Shown one piece after another: positions 37,961 to 49,209 of a DNA stretch of 64,000 bases. The translations under genes and the position numbers were made by a program. Source of the DNA: Phoronis australis (Eukaryota; Animalia; Phoronida); assembly GCA_002633005.1 (NCBI GenBank), contig NMRA01000191.1, positions 488,466 to 552,465 of the forward strand. Reading direction: 5' to 3'. The notes under the pieces were generated by a model. That model worked only from the letters and a program-made list of their open reading frames with translations, had not been told where the DNA came from and made no database searches. Every line of letters begins with the position of its first letter. Positions within the stretch are counted from its first letter, which is position 1.

Positions 37961-39260
37961 TCATGAGAATCGTTCTTGTCGAGATATCATGTCCCTAACA
38001 GTTATTATAGTTGGCACCGAGTCCTGCAGCTGTAACCACCGAATCGAGTCCACTACGCGTCTGTAATGATGATTCGTCCTTCGCTGTCTGAACCAGTCCT
38101 GTTGATTAATAAATTAAGAAATTACGAAAACTGATATTGAAACCGCTACTACACGATTGTAATGAAGAAACTGACCGATACCATGTAGACCAAATCTCTC
38201 CACGGCAACCCTCAAAATACGTAACATTTCGCGACACAGCACGAGAAAGTCGTGTTGTACATGCGCGCACCCTTTGCGCTCGAAGGAGCCCACCGTTTGA
38301 CGAAGTGGGCAAAAAGGTTCGCCTCAGAGAAACAAAAACTCCAAAAAAGTACAAAACGAGACAAACAAAAGTCCACTAACAAGGCAGGAACTACCAAAAT
38401 TCGACGAATGCACTACTGAACGTAACCCGTAATCACATTCTTGAAAAATTCGAGCCCTCCAATTTTTTAGGCTGGGTGCGCGCATGCTGTATCAAAAATA
38501 TCAATTTATTACTAATGAACTCATTCGCTGTCACTGAGAGTTTCAACATTAACGTCATTTTCGAACAGCGTTTGTGAGCGGACCAAGCCGAACTAACTAA
38601 CCAGTTTATCAACATCGTCAGTTACCTGAATCTCGTTTTCTGTTAAACCAGTCCTCCTTGTCAGAGAGCGAAGCCTTGCGCCAACCGGACAGGTAGTCGT
38701 TTTGAAAGTAGATTCAAAGAGGTTTTTGCATTCTTCTGAAAGGAACTCCTGTTGAGAAATGTTTTCCTGGCTTCTGAAGCGTTTGTCGAGGCGGTTCTCT
38801 TGCTCCTGTTCGTTGCAGAGTTTTTTCTGACTTCGCGCAGAAGAATGTCTGTTGTCACCTTCGGTATTGGGGGTATTGTCTATAAACAAGGAGGGAAACG
38901 GGATACTTAAAAATTAGGAACAAGCAAGCACCGATTGCTATACGCATGAATTATTAACTGATTTCTTTTCTTTCTGACAAGTGCATGTCGTAGAGTTTAT
39001 ATAAGCCAACAATCTACAGTAACAACGTATGATTACTTGTAAACATATAGTGAACACTGACAATTTATGCATTAGCATATCACATGCAAGTGATCGACCT
39101 GATCTACAACACTACGAGAACAAGCAATATATATCCATTCATGTAGTGATCTTTTACGTATCTTACCTTGTTCGTTACAGTGAAGCGCTCCGTGAATCGA
39201 CAGCTCCAAGTCACTACCGTCACTAAGGGAAAATTCGACGGCATCCTGATTCCGGGACAT
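37961..39260 (-). CDS. Divergent homeodomain protein (Hopx-like / PRD-class intron position), ~161 aa, 3 exons
   Basis: Exons 39260-39167, 38879-38626 and 38098-37961 are GT-AG with consistent phases (486 nt); an in-frame upstream ATG exists at 39278. Spliced product ...FLSEECKNLFESTFKTTTCPVGARLRSLTRRTGLTENEIQ|DWFRQRRTNHH places E17, F20, P26, L34, G39, L40, W48, F49, R52 and R53 without gaps. Confidence 0.8.
38260..38486. mobile_element. MITE, CATGCGCGCACCC family, in homeobox gene intron 2
   Basis: Perfect TIR CATGCGCGCACCC / GGGTGCGCGCATG; flanks TTGTA / CTGTA (4 of 5 match). Confidence 0.78.
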
Positions 39261-39366
39261 AGCAGCGATTACAAACATGTTGGAGAAGTATAAATTGGTT
39301 TTGAACCGAATCCAGTATTTATTAAGCCTGTGTAATTGAAAGACCCGCCCACACAACTAGTGGTGT

Positions 39367-39418
39367 TCTGATTGGTCTAAAGTTACGTGAGTGGAATTCT
39401 CGTGATACTATTGGCTAA
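39367..39418 (-). promoter_or_regulatory. Two CCAAT boxes upstream of the homeobox gene
   Basis: CTGATTGGTC and TATTGGCT on the + strand, 110-155 bp upstream of the ATG at 39260. Confidence 0.4.
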
Positions 39419-39672
39419 GGATGGCACGGTCAACCGACGGTAGACGATCAACGGATATTGTGCACATATTAAGTTCTCTTGGATGAGTTCGGGAAATGTG
39501 AAATTCTCTTGCGGGATGCAAATCTTCGAGAGAGATAACCGGAGTAGACGTGGACGCTCAATCTATATAGTTATTTAATGTTTACAGAAAATTATTTGCC
39601 GTGTGAGATGTTAGAGCATTGCTATGAAAAACCCCAATATGTTACAATGTTTTCCACCACAGCGTATATCTT

Positions 39673-39841
39673 CATGGGCGGATCCAGGATTTTGAGTTGG
39701 GGGGGGGGGGGGGGNGGCAGGGCAGAGTATTAGCCAGGATTTTGCCTGTCAGACATTGGCACTCCCGACCTGCCCAATGGAAACTTGGAGAATTTTAAGG
39801 GGGGCCATGGCCCCCTTGGCCCCCCTCTAAATCCGTCACTG
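39673..39841. mobile_element. MITE, CAG(G/T)GGCGGAT family, 5-bp TSD
   Basis: Ends CATGGGCGGATC / AATCCGTCACTG; ATCTT on both flanks. Confidence 0.8.
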
Positions 39842-40860
39842 ATCTTAGACACAACAAAAAACAACAAAAAGAAAAAAAATCCATATTTATGTGGATGACA
39901 ACTTCTAACACTTATGAGAAACGTCTATTTTGCTGACAAACTAAATTTTCATCAAAGTCAATTGATTGCAGCGTTATCCTACTTAAAGTTGCTCTATTGA
40001 GATAATTTTTGTTGATATTACCAGTAAGAGATATCTCTCCTTGATATTACCAATGGAACTTTATTTGCATTATTTTCAGTGTTTTCAGTCCACGATCTGG
40101 ACTTTTAATTCTTCTCGTTCCATACTACACAGTAGATGATTTTACGTTTTCATTCATCATTGATATTTTGTCACGGAAACACTGAAGATGGCCAACGAAC
40201 AAGTATGCATCGTGGACAAGCTGATCTCCCCAGATTTATTCATGGCATATTCACTAAGGAACGTTGTAAACTGTCTTAACTTGTTGTATGGTTATGTAAT
40301 TCGTGTTACATGGGAATTGAAACGCTTTCACTCAATTAATTAATTTGAACCTGTTTGTTATGGTGGTGATAACGCCCAACTAGAAAGAGGTAATTACCCT
40401 TATTCGCTCTCCACACGAGTCATATAACAGTGCTTTGATCACAAAGCTTTGTTTCATTTAGTCACTAGGCGCAGACAAGTCCGCTAGTGCCCAACCGACT
40501 TGTCTCTTGTGAGACCCAACTTTCTATTCAAAGCGTCCTCTCACCGATCAATCCGACAGTCTGAGCTCCCCGTCACGCTAGCGTAGAATGTGTCTTTAGC
40601 AGAGCACAGCAGGAGCTTATCCAGAGAAGCGACTGGGCTAATCTTCGCTCCTAATCTTTCAATCAATAGATTCAAACCGTCGGTAGTTCAAATTAAAGGC
40701 GGCCGAAAAAGTTGTTTGACGACACCTAAGACCACAATGAAAGTACCCCTAGACAATACGTTTGTTTGTTGTCGAAATTCGCTTAAGAAAGGCAACATTC
40801 CACGCCAACATTAAGAAGGATTATTTCAACGTTATTTTATGGAAGCGTGGTGTGATGGTA

Positions 40861-41276
40861 AGGGAGCGTTCACACATTATGTCATCACTCGAGCGGGAAG
40901 AGGGTTTGGAAAAGATCACGATTTATGACAAAGGGACGTCATCATGTGGTTTATTATAATATTTCCAATTTGGGAGTAATAGACATATCCAACACAGCAC
41001 CTATCGTTTGGGTAACTGGAGATTGACCAATTTCAAAACGGGCACCCGCCGTTTCACGTTTCCCAGATTAGATTTGATCATACTTCACTAGGTTTACCTA
41101 TGTATACAGACATACGACAGACCCACTCCACCACTGCCCAAACGGGAGGGTGGCGGATGGCTATGATAATTTGAGGCTGGGGGAGGGGGTATATCATGAT
41201 GATGGATGACGAAAGAAGGGGGGGGAAGGGATAAAAATTGGCAAATTTTGGATGACGAAATATGTCAACGCTCCCT
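40861..41276. mobile_element. Non-autonomous TIR element (possibly PIF/Harbinger-like)
   Basis: Left AGGGAGCGTTCACACATTATGTCATC; right reverse complement AGGGAGCGTTGACATATTTCGTCATC. Confidence 0.6.
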
Positions 41277-43503
41277 CACAGGCCTTTACAACATACGCAG
41301 GTGAAATACTTGACCTTTTTATTACTTGTTAACTTATAGTTGAACCTACAAATATTAATAACTCTGAAAGTCTCCCCTCACCCTACCTTCACTATTCCAT
41401 GACGAGTAGGTAGATAATTTCTTTTAATTTCATGTGCTTCGGCAAACGAGTAATGCCAACGACATTACTGGTATGAAGATTGATTAATTGAAAAGAAAAC
41501 ATTTTGCATGCGCACACTCAGCCTAAAATATAGGGGCTCGAATTCTTCGGTATGCGAACCTTTTACTGAAAGAAATCAACAAGGACTAAAAAAACGGGGC
41601 CACTAGGTTCAGGCCTGCCAATCGTGCAGGCCAACTAAACTTGGTCAGAGGTTCCGTCATCGCCATTGAAAATGTGTATTCTATTATTGTATATGCGAGT
41701 CAAGTTTGTGAGTGAAGCTAGTTTTCTTCAGTTGTCGACCGATATTAGTAGTTTTAAATCGTCGCTTTCGAACCTGAAAGTCTAGTGTGACCGGTTGCAT
41801 AAAACAGACCCTGATAGGGACTGAACTCATTTCCTCCATATCTGCTGCGTATTTTTTGTGAAAACACTGATTATCCTTTTTATGCTGTTCGGGTTTCATA
41901 ATTAAGTAATTAACTTCGATGCAAATCGCGAGTGAAGTCCAGTTACGGGTTCTTTTCAGAGCAGCAGTCCCTATTTATTTTGTCTGAAATAAGGGCTCAA
42001 TTTTCAGTTATGATTATTAGAAAATGTCATTAGTCAAAGAGGAGCTCATCAGTAATAAAGGTAAAATGACAGAAAAATACACCTGTAATTAAAGAACGAT
42101 ACAAATACACAAGATTTAGGTTCCTATTTAGTATGCCGGCAAGTGCTCAGTGATTTTGTAGATCTGTTATAAGCGTATGTTCTTCAGATGATTTTGATAG
42201 CGTGTTTTTTAATAGGACACTGTCTTATTTCTCACCCGTTGACTCCAGTCAAATTCCTTTACCTTTCAAATGCCCATTTACGCGTCCTCATTGTGTTATA
42301 ATGTAAGCAGACTCATGCCACGTAGACCCATACCTTCTTCGCGTGAGATGTATGAACTGAAGTCAAATTTCCCAGGTATTTCACTTACTATTGAAAAGCT
42401 GACCATTTCGCTGGCAGGATTTTTCATCCATTTATACAAGATACATTGCACGACGTAAATATGTGCAGGCGTTATGTCATACAATAGCAGGCACCTGGCC
42501 CACGTTACAAACATAATACATACAGGATGGGGCTCAGTAAAAATGAAATTACGTAATCCAGGTGCCCTTGTCTCGGGATTAAACAAGTTTCCACAATAGC
42601 CACCATTTCATATCCTTATTCTTGCGTAAGATGACCCCTTATAAGTTTGTCGATCTTTGTTGTCACATTAATCTTCAAAACGACGTGTCCGATTTTTAAA
42701 TTAATTTGTGATGGCGAACTAAGCAATGCGTTAAACTTCGGCTTCTTTTATTTTACCTCAAGGACAGTTAATTTCTTAACACTTCAAGTGATAAGGTCTA
42801 TCGCCGCAATATGAAAAAAATGCGTAGTGTCACCGTGAATCAACTACGAGGGAAGTTCGGGCAATTGTCACTTACAGGGTTCTCAGATTATGAGAAGCAG
42901 TTTGATGCTCGTTTATTAAGTAGGGGAAACTGATTTGCAGGACCTTTGCCGTAAGTGAACATCGAAGTAAATGTCCAACTTTTCATTGCGCTGTAAAACA
43001 TATTCATTGTGTTCGCTGCCTGTGAGCCCACGTTTCGAACACCCACTATTAAATGTCATTTACTTCTCTGTAATCGATGTAACAGTAAAAGAGCACAACT
43101 GAGTACGGTTCACAATAAAAGCAATATTCGTATAGCCCACTATAAGTTGACTCAAAGACAGATTATTCGACCGACGTGTAAATTTTCACGATATTGTTGT
43201 AGTATTTTTCTAATTTCATTTCGTGCCAGCTGGACATCCTCTGAACTACTCCTTGCATGATTTTGCCGGATCTCTGAGTACGTAATGCGTACTCCATTCT
43301 CATACGGCGTTCACCAGGGCGTCACAAGACGCCATCCCAGTCTCCCGACATAACAATTCTTTTGTTTTCATACCGTTTACAACACCAAACAAGTTTCGCT
43401 AATCGAATTTCACGAAAAAGAGAGTCTTTTCGTAAATTGCAATCATATCTGGAAGTAATATGACGCAGTGGTGAGTTATGAACGTACGTGTTTGTTAGAT
43501 ATA

Positions 43504-45052
43504 CAGTGGCGGATCTAGGATATCACAAGGGGGGCCCAACATTTTGTCCGGCTGTAAGCATTTGCGCAAACTGAACCACGATTGTAGATGCCCAGGAAAT
43601 TTTTCTGTTTTTACCTCTAAAAATCAAGCACTTTCCTTGATTCCTGAAGTATTATTCAAGAAAAAAACAAAAAAAAAACAAAAAAAAAACAGAACGTGTC
43701 AAACAGGAAAACTGAACGTACCAAAGACTTGAACTCACGACCTGGCGGATAGAGAGCGCGTGCGTTATCACAACACCACCAAGATTTAACTAGTAAACTC
43801 ATACTAAAAGACATACTTGTTTATGGTCCACAGCGTTTGCGCGCGAAACCTACTTCTTTTCGTAATGCTTATCACACGTTTTATATTTTGTGCCATGAAT
43901 TCTTAACAAATTTGTCGTATGGTCCGGTTACCTATTTTCGTCAGGCTCCAAAGTTCGTCCGCCATCTTGTTTCGCGTGCAGCGCAACCACGCGGGACTTA
44001 GCGTTCCAATTTGGAGTGCTCGTCTTCACGTTAGGTACTAACCTCTCGGGAGAAACACGTATCAAAGTAATGAGACAAAAATCGGTGTGTTTACCGATTG
44101 TTTTTTAAAACCACTTAAAAATCAGTAGATTTTACTAATACACTTTTTTGTGCGTTTTCAGAAGATGTTTTCGAATTTAAATTTTCTTCCGACGGGACAC
44201 AAAACATGATCCAGGGTTTGTTTATGCAATGTATCTGTTTNNNNNNNNNNNNNNNNNNNNNNNNNNNNNNNNNNNNNNNNNNNNNNNNNNNNNNNNNNNN
44301 NNNNNNNNNNNNNNNNNNNNNNNNNNNNNNNNNNNNNNNNNNNNNNNNNNNNNNNNNNNNNNNNNNNNNNNNNNNNNNNNNNNNNNNNNNNNNNNNNNNN
44401 NNNNNNNNNNNNNNNNNNNNNNNNNNNNNNNNNNNNNNNNNNNNNNNNNNNNNNNNNNNNNNNNNNNNNNNNNNNNNNNNNNNNNNNNNNNNNNNNNNNN
44501 NNNNNNNNNNNNNNNNNNNNNNNNNNNNNNNNNNNNNNNNNNNNNNNNNNNNNNNNNNNNNNNNNNNNNNNNNNNNNNNNNNNNNNNNNNNNNNNNNNNN
44601 NNNNNNNNNNNNNNNNNNNNNNNNNNNNNNNNNNNNNNNNNNNNNNNNNNNNNNNNNNNNNNNNNNNNNNNNNNNNNNNNNNNNNNNNNNNNNNNNNNNN
44701 NNNNNNNNNNNNNNNNNNNNNNNNNNNNNNNNNNNNNNNNNNNNNNNNNNNNNNNNNNNNNNNNNNNNNNNNNNNNNAGCGCCACTGCCGGTCGCCTGGG
44801 ATATCGCGGGAGAGCCTATACTTAGCCATAGTTCCGTTACGAATGCGCCGTGTTCCGAATTTGACACTTGAAATTGGGTTTGAGCCCCCCCCCCAAACAC
44901 TAAAACTGCACACATTTAAATCTTTTTTCATCCGTATAATTTTAATTACCGGGGTTAATTAATAAACTCACCATTTCCCTACGCTCTTACTGTTTTATTT
45001 TTTTTTCGGCAGCCAGGGGGGGGGGCCTGAGCCCCCCCTAAATCCGCCTATG
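43504..45052. mobile_element. Long member of CAG(G/T)GGCGGAT family, 5-bp TSD, spans an N gap, carries a tRNA-like segment
   Basis: Ends CAGTGGCGGATCTAGG / CCTAAATCCGCCTATG; ATATA on both flanks. Homologous in inverted orientation to 46175-46950. Confidence 0.8.
44241..44777. other. Assembly gap (N run)
   Basis: Run of N. Confidence 1.
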
Positions 45053-45978
45053 ATATAAGATCAAATTAAATTCGACTGAGCTTCGACGACCATTTTGTCG
45101 ATGCAGAAACTAACTGAAAATTCGCTTGGTTTAAAAAATGATTTAGTGTTAGAATAGCACCAATTCGGAATTTCCGTTTAAGTCCGTTTAATGAGAATTT
45201 TCTGAGATTGAGTGGAAAGCGTGTTCTACTCTAAACCTCCAGGTAAACAAAGCTTGGGGCAGCTATTATTCTTTTTGTTTCGGACACTGTTTCCCACAAA
45301 ACTGAGCATCCGACCGGTTTAGCCGAAGAAGCAAATTTTTCTTACCTAATCATTGCAACTTTAATCTCACCACTGAGAAGAGAAATTTACATTTAATTGA
45401 TTACTTCCTGAAGCAATAGAAACTGCCCGATCAGGCCAGTGCCGCGAGTTGCGTCTGTTCCAGTAAAACAATCATTTCAAGTGTGTGGAGAAGCTAACTG
45501 ATCAACAGCCATCATGTTATAACTAGCCTAAGGTGTACACATGCCGCTTGAAGACTCGCCAACTGAAATATGCAATAAGCTTGACCTGATTTTTTAGTAC
45601 AATGGTCATCATACATTTGGTAAAAAGGCAAATTCGCCAGTGACTAGTGATCGACAATCAGCCGTTCTATTTTGTAAACAACGCGTGACTTCCTATTTGG
45701 AAATGCAAATTTATAATTGAACTCTAAACACCGACGCCATTTATATATTATGATTTAAAAGACCTGTGCCAGAAGGAAGCGGTAAGGTAATGTATGGTTT
45801 TATCGACTCATGTGCATTTAGCCAAATACCAGGAACTATAGATTTAAACTTTTAATGGTAAAAAAATATATATTCTGAAAGAAGAAAGCCCTGTAAAATA
45901 TGATTTTTTATTCTAAACCAATCACATAATCATGTCTTTTTACTATTATTAAAAAAAAGAAAAGTACAATGCCAAGTA

Positions 45979-47217
45979 GGGCCTTTCATACTAACGTCGA
46001 CGCGTCGATGGTTTGAGGAGTTGCGGTCTGTATGAACGCTTAACTCCGGTCCTGGATCGCAGTTACCACGTGGATTTAATGAGCGCAGCGTCGACGCTGC
46101 GGTGCCCAATCGAAGTTATCGCCAGGTGCCACCGTTATCGTCAACAGTTACAAGGCAGTGCCGTCACTAATAGCCATAGGCGGATTTAGGGGGGGGGGGG
46201 GCAGCNGCTCAGATCCAATTTTAAGTGTCAAATTCGGAACACGGCGCAATCGTAAAGGAACTATGGCTAAGTATAGGCTCTCCCGCGATATCTCAGGCGA
46301 CCGGCAGTGGCGCTGGGCACTACGACTCCGTTTCCGTAGTATGTTCAACTGTGCAATGAAGAAAACTACTTCATTTTTTAAAGAAAATGGAATCTTTGTG
46401 ATGATGAAAAAACAGGAGCTGCTGGTGAGATGTCAATTTTAATCGAAGCCTTAGTGAATCACTCAGAAACTCATAATTCTCTCTTTTTCAAACCTTAACT
46501 TAAGACGATTTCCAAAGCAAACGCGTCATTATTGCCAACGCAAAAAACGGATTTGGTCTTTTGGGCAATTGAAGACTATTTTAAATACAACAAATTTGTT
46601 ACGAACTGATTACACAAAATATAAAACATGTAATAAGCATTACAAAAAGAAGGTTTCACGTGCAAACACTGTGGACCATAAACAAATAGGTCTCTTAGTA
46701 TCAAAGTAGGAGTTAAATCGTGGTGGTGCAGTGGTAAAGCACGCGCACTCTATCCGCCAGGTCGTGAGATCGAGTCTGTGGCGCTTCCAGTTTTACCTGT
46801 TTGACACTTTCTCTGATTTTTTTTCCTCTTTTTCTTGGATAATACTTCGGGAATCGAGGAAAATGCTATGCGCATCTACAATCGTGCTGTGAGCAAATGT
46901 TTACAGACAAAATCTTATGCCCCCTTTGTGATATCCTAGATCCGCCATTGATAGCTGCTTTTATTTTGCTCTAATAATAACCTATCGATTAAGAAATAAG
47001 TTTAATGTTACTTAGCACATGTAAATGTTTCCAAATTGAAACATTGAAAAAAATCTTAGCGTGCAACGCTACCTTGCCATAACTTCGATGACGATAGCGG
47101 CACCAACCGCTTACTTCGATGTTCATTAACTACCGAAGCCAGTATAAACGGTCCAGTTAACTGCGCTATTTACGTCGACGCTCCGCTTAGACCGGAGTTA
47201 GTCAATATGAAAGGGCC
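45979..47217. mobile_element. Older TIR element interrupted by the 46175-46950 insertion
   Basis: Left GGGCCTTTCATA...TAACTCCGGTC...GCGTCGACG; right reverse complement GGCCCTTTCATA...TAACTCCGGTC...GCGTCGACG. Confidence 0.5.
46175..46950. mobile_element. Long member of CAG(G/T)GGCGGAT family, 5-bp TSD, inverted relative to 43504-45052
   Basis: Ends CATAGGCGGATTTAGG / CCTAGATCCGCCATTG; ATAGC on both flanks. Confidence 0.82.
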
Positions 47218-49209
47218 AAAACGAAGGTATCACAAAAATGACCAAATTCCATTGATATAAATCATATCGTTTTCGTTTTATGTATCTTTTAATTCTTTTA
47301 ATTCATATCACAAAAGTTCTATTTTCGATAGCCCTCACACAAAAGTGGAGCAATTTAAAACAATTCCAAACAATGTTTTGAATCCGATCAGTCGTTACTG
47401 AAGTTCGGTTCCTACGATCCTACAGGCAAATATTTAGCGCTCGTGCGATCGTGTATCTATAGTATCACTAGACACGCCATTGATAGTGTCGTGCGACTGC
47501 CCGGCTTGAATACAGAATCAGGTAAATGTGAAGCGTTCACGAACTGAACACATAATAACTTTTGGAACAAAGCTACTGTAATATTTTAGGATTCCCAAAG
47601 GTTTTGAACAAGTGGGAACTTATGGCAAAACGTAGCGTAAGTACAAACAGTGTTTTCCATACACTGTACATTCCGCAAGGCCAACATGCAAATTCCTCTC
47701 GATGGATATAAGAGGAGAACCCCCCGGCCTACGAACACCACCAAAACAAGAAAAGAAACGTCATCAACATGCCGTTTTCCTGGCTTACGCGCGGACACCT
47801 TTCCTCTAAAAACTGCGATTGCCTTTCTACCGTTTCGATGCGCCAATGAATTATGTCATCGGAAAGTCTTTCACAGACAAAGCCTTCAATCACACGGTTT
47901 GCTCATTCGCACCTGCGAAAATCACCCTCCGTGCCCATCTTGATAGCGGGAATTTCTGATGCAGTTGAGAATTTCTGATACTTGTAGTAGTCAACAGTAT
48001 GGGGCGTATATTCGAAACATGATATTTCTAGTACCCCAAATGTAAACACAGGCGTACTTTCGGAAACGGTGTTTAGAAACGAAAAATGTGCGACATCGAC
48101 GTAAAATGAAAAGCGATATGTGGAAAGGAGGCATACGGTTCCAATAGTGCCGGATTATTTTTACCGTCCACGAATTTCCTTGTTTTCCGCAGACCGTTAT
48201 CTCTCAATAGTTATTGTGTTATTTTACAGTTAACTTTCAAAACAATCAATTTTATGCACAAGAAATGAATGAAGAATCGTCCCAACGCTTAGTTCATGCG
48301 CGATCTTCATTCATAAAGTTTGGGCAATTACTCCTGCAACATCATAAAAATCCATAGTTTCGGCAAAACCAGTGTCTTAAAGCTCACAGCATGTGGCATT
48401 TCATTCACTGGTTTACTAATTGGCCTATCTTAAGCTCCGCCCCCCTGAGGAATGTCGACCAAATAGATTTTACTCGGTGACGGGTAAAATGGCGGCTTGG
48501 AAACGAAGGTTTGTCAAGAATGCTGCGTTCTAATTCGTCAGTTAAGCCGTCACTCAAAATTCTGGCGATTGGTCAATTACTCGGCAAGGAGGATTTGCAA
48601 TCTCCATTTTACTCGAGATGAAGCGTGATCTTAGTAGAGCGTAGGGAATATCATTTCAAGCAATATCACAGGCGCACAAGTGTTTTATAGCTGTTCAGTC
48701 TGAGCCACGTTCCTCCGATTAACACGTTCGCCAAGGAATACTCTTATTCAGGTCTATTTTGTAGATAAATTCAACACATGCCGAAATAACCTATGCAGTA
48801 CTGTTTCTCATAAAGTCTTGTTTTTTGTTTGACATAATTCATTTTGGGAAACCTTAGAATTTTTTATTTTAGCTCAGAAAATAGGCTCATGGACATTTAT
48901 ACTGGAACTTTCCGAATAAAGACCCACGAACCTGTTTTTTGGGGGAGTGGATTCTATTTGACGAAATTACTGATGAGAACTTTTTCTTGATGCCGTTTGA
49001 ACGTGTCATTCAGAAAGTTTTGTTGTTATATTTTCATATCAGCTCACTTGACAGCCGAACACAGTTAATGCAAAAATCTTAATTGTTACCGCCATACTAT
49101 TGAGAGTTAATTTACAATAACACTAAATCAAATAACTGTAAAGAAACCAGTCGTATGTGTTGTTGATTCAAATGCATTTTTCATCAGCTGTCTAGTTCTT
49201 CGTCAGGAT

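Noticed and set aside
46722-46790. Functional tRNA gene
   Set aside because: No complete cloverleaf or clear anticodon arm, and it is embedded in a repeated element. Treated as a SINE-like head.
47586-48540. Overlapping ORFs and promoter-like motifs (GC box, AAAATGGCGG)
   Set aside because: No recognisable protein or consistent exon chain; probably transposon-derived.
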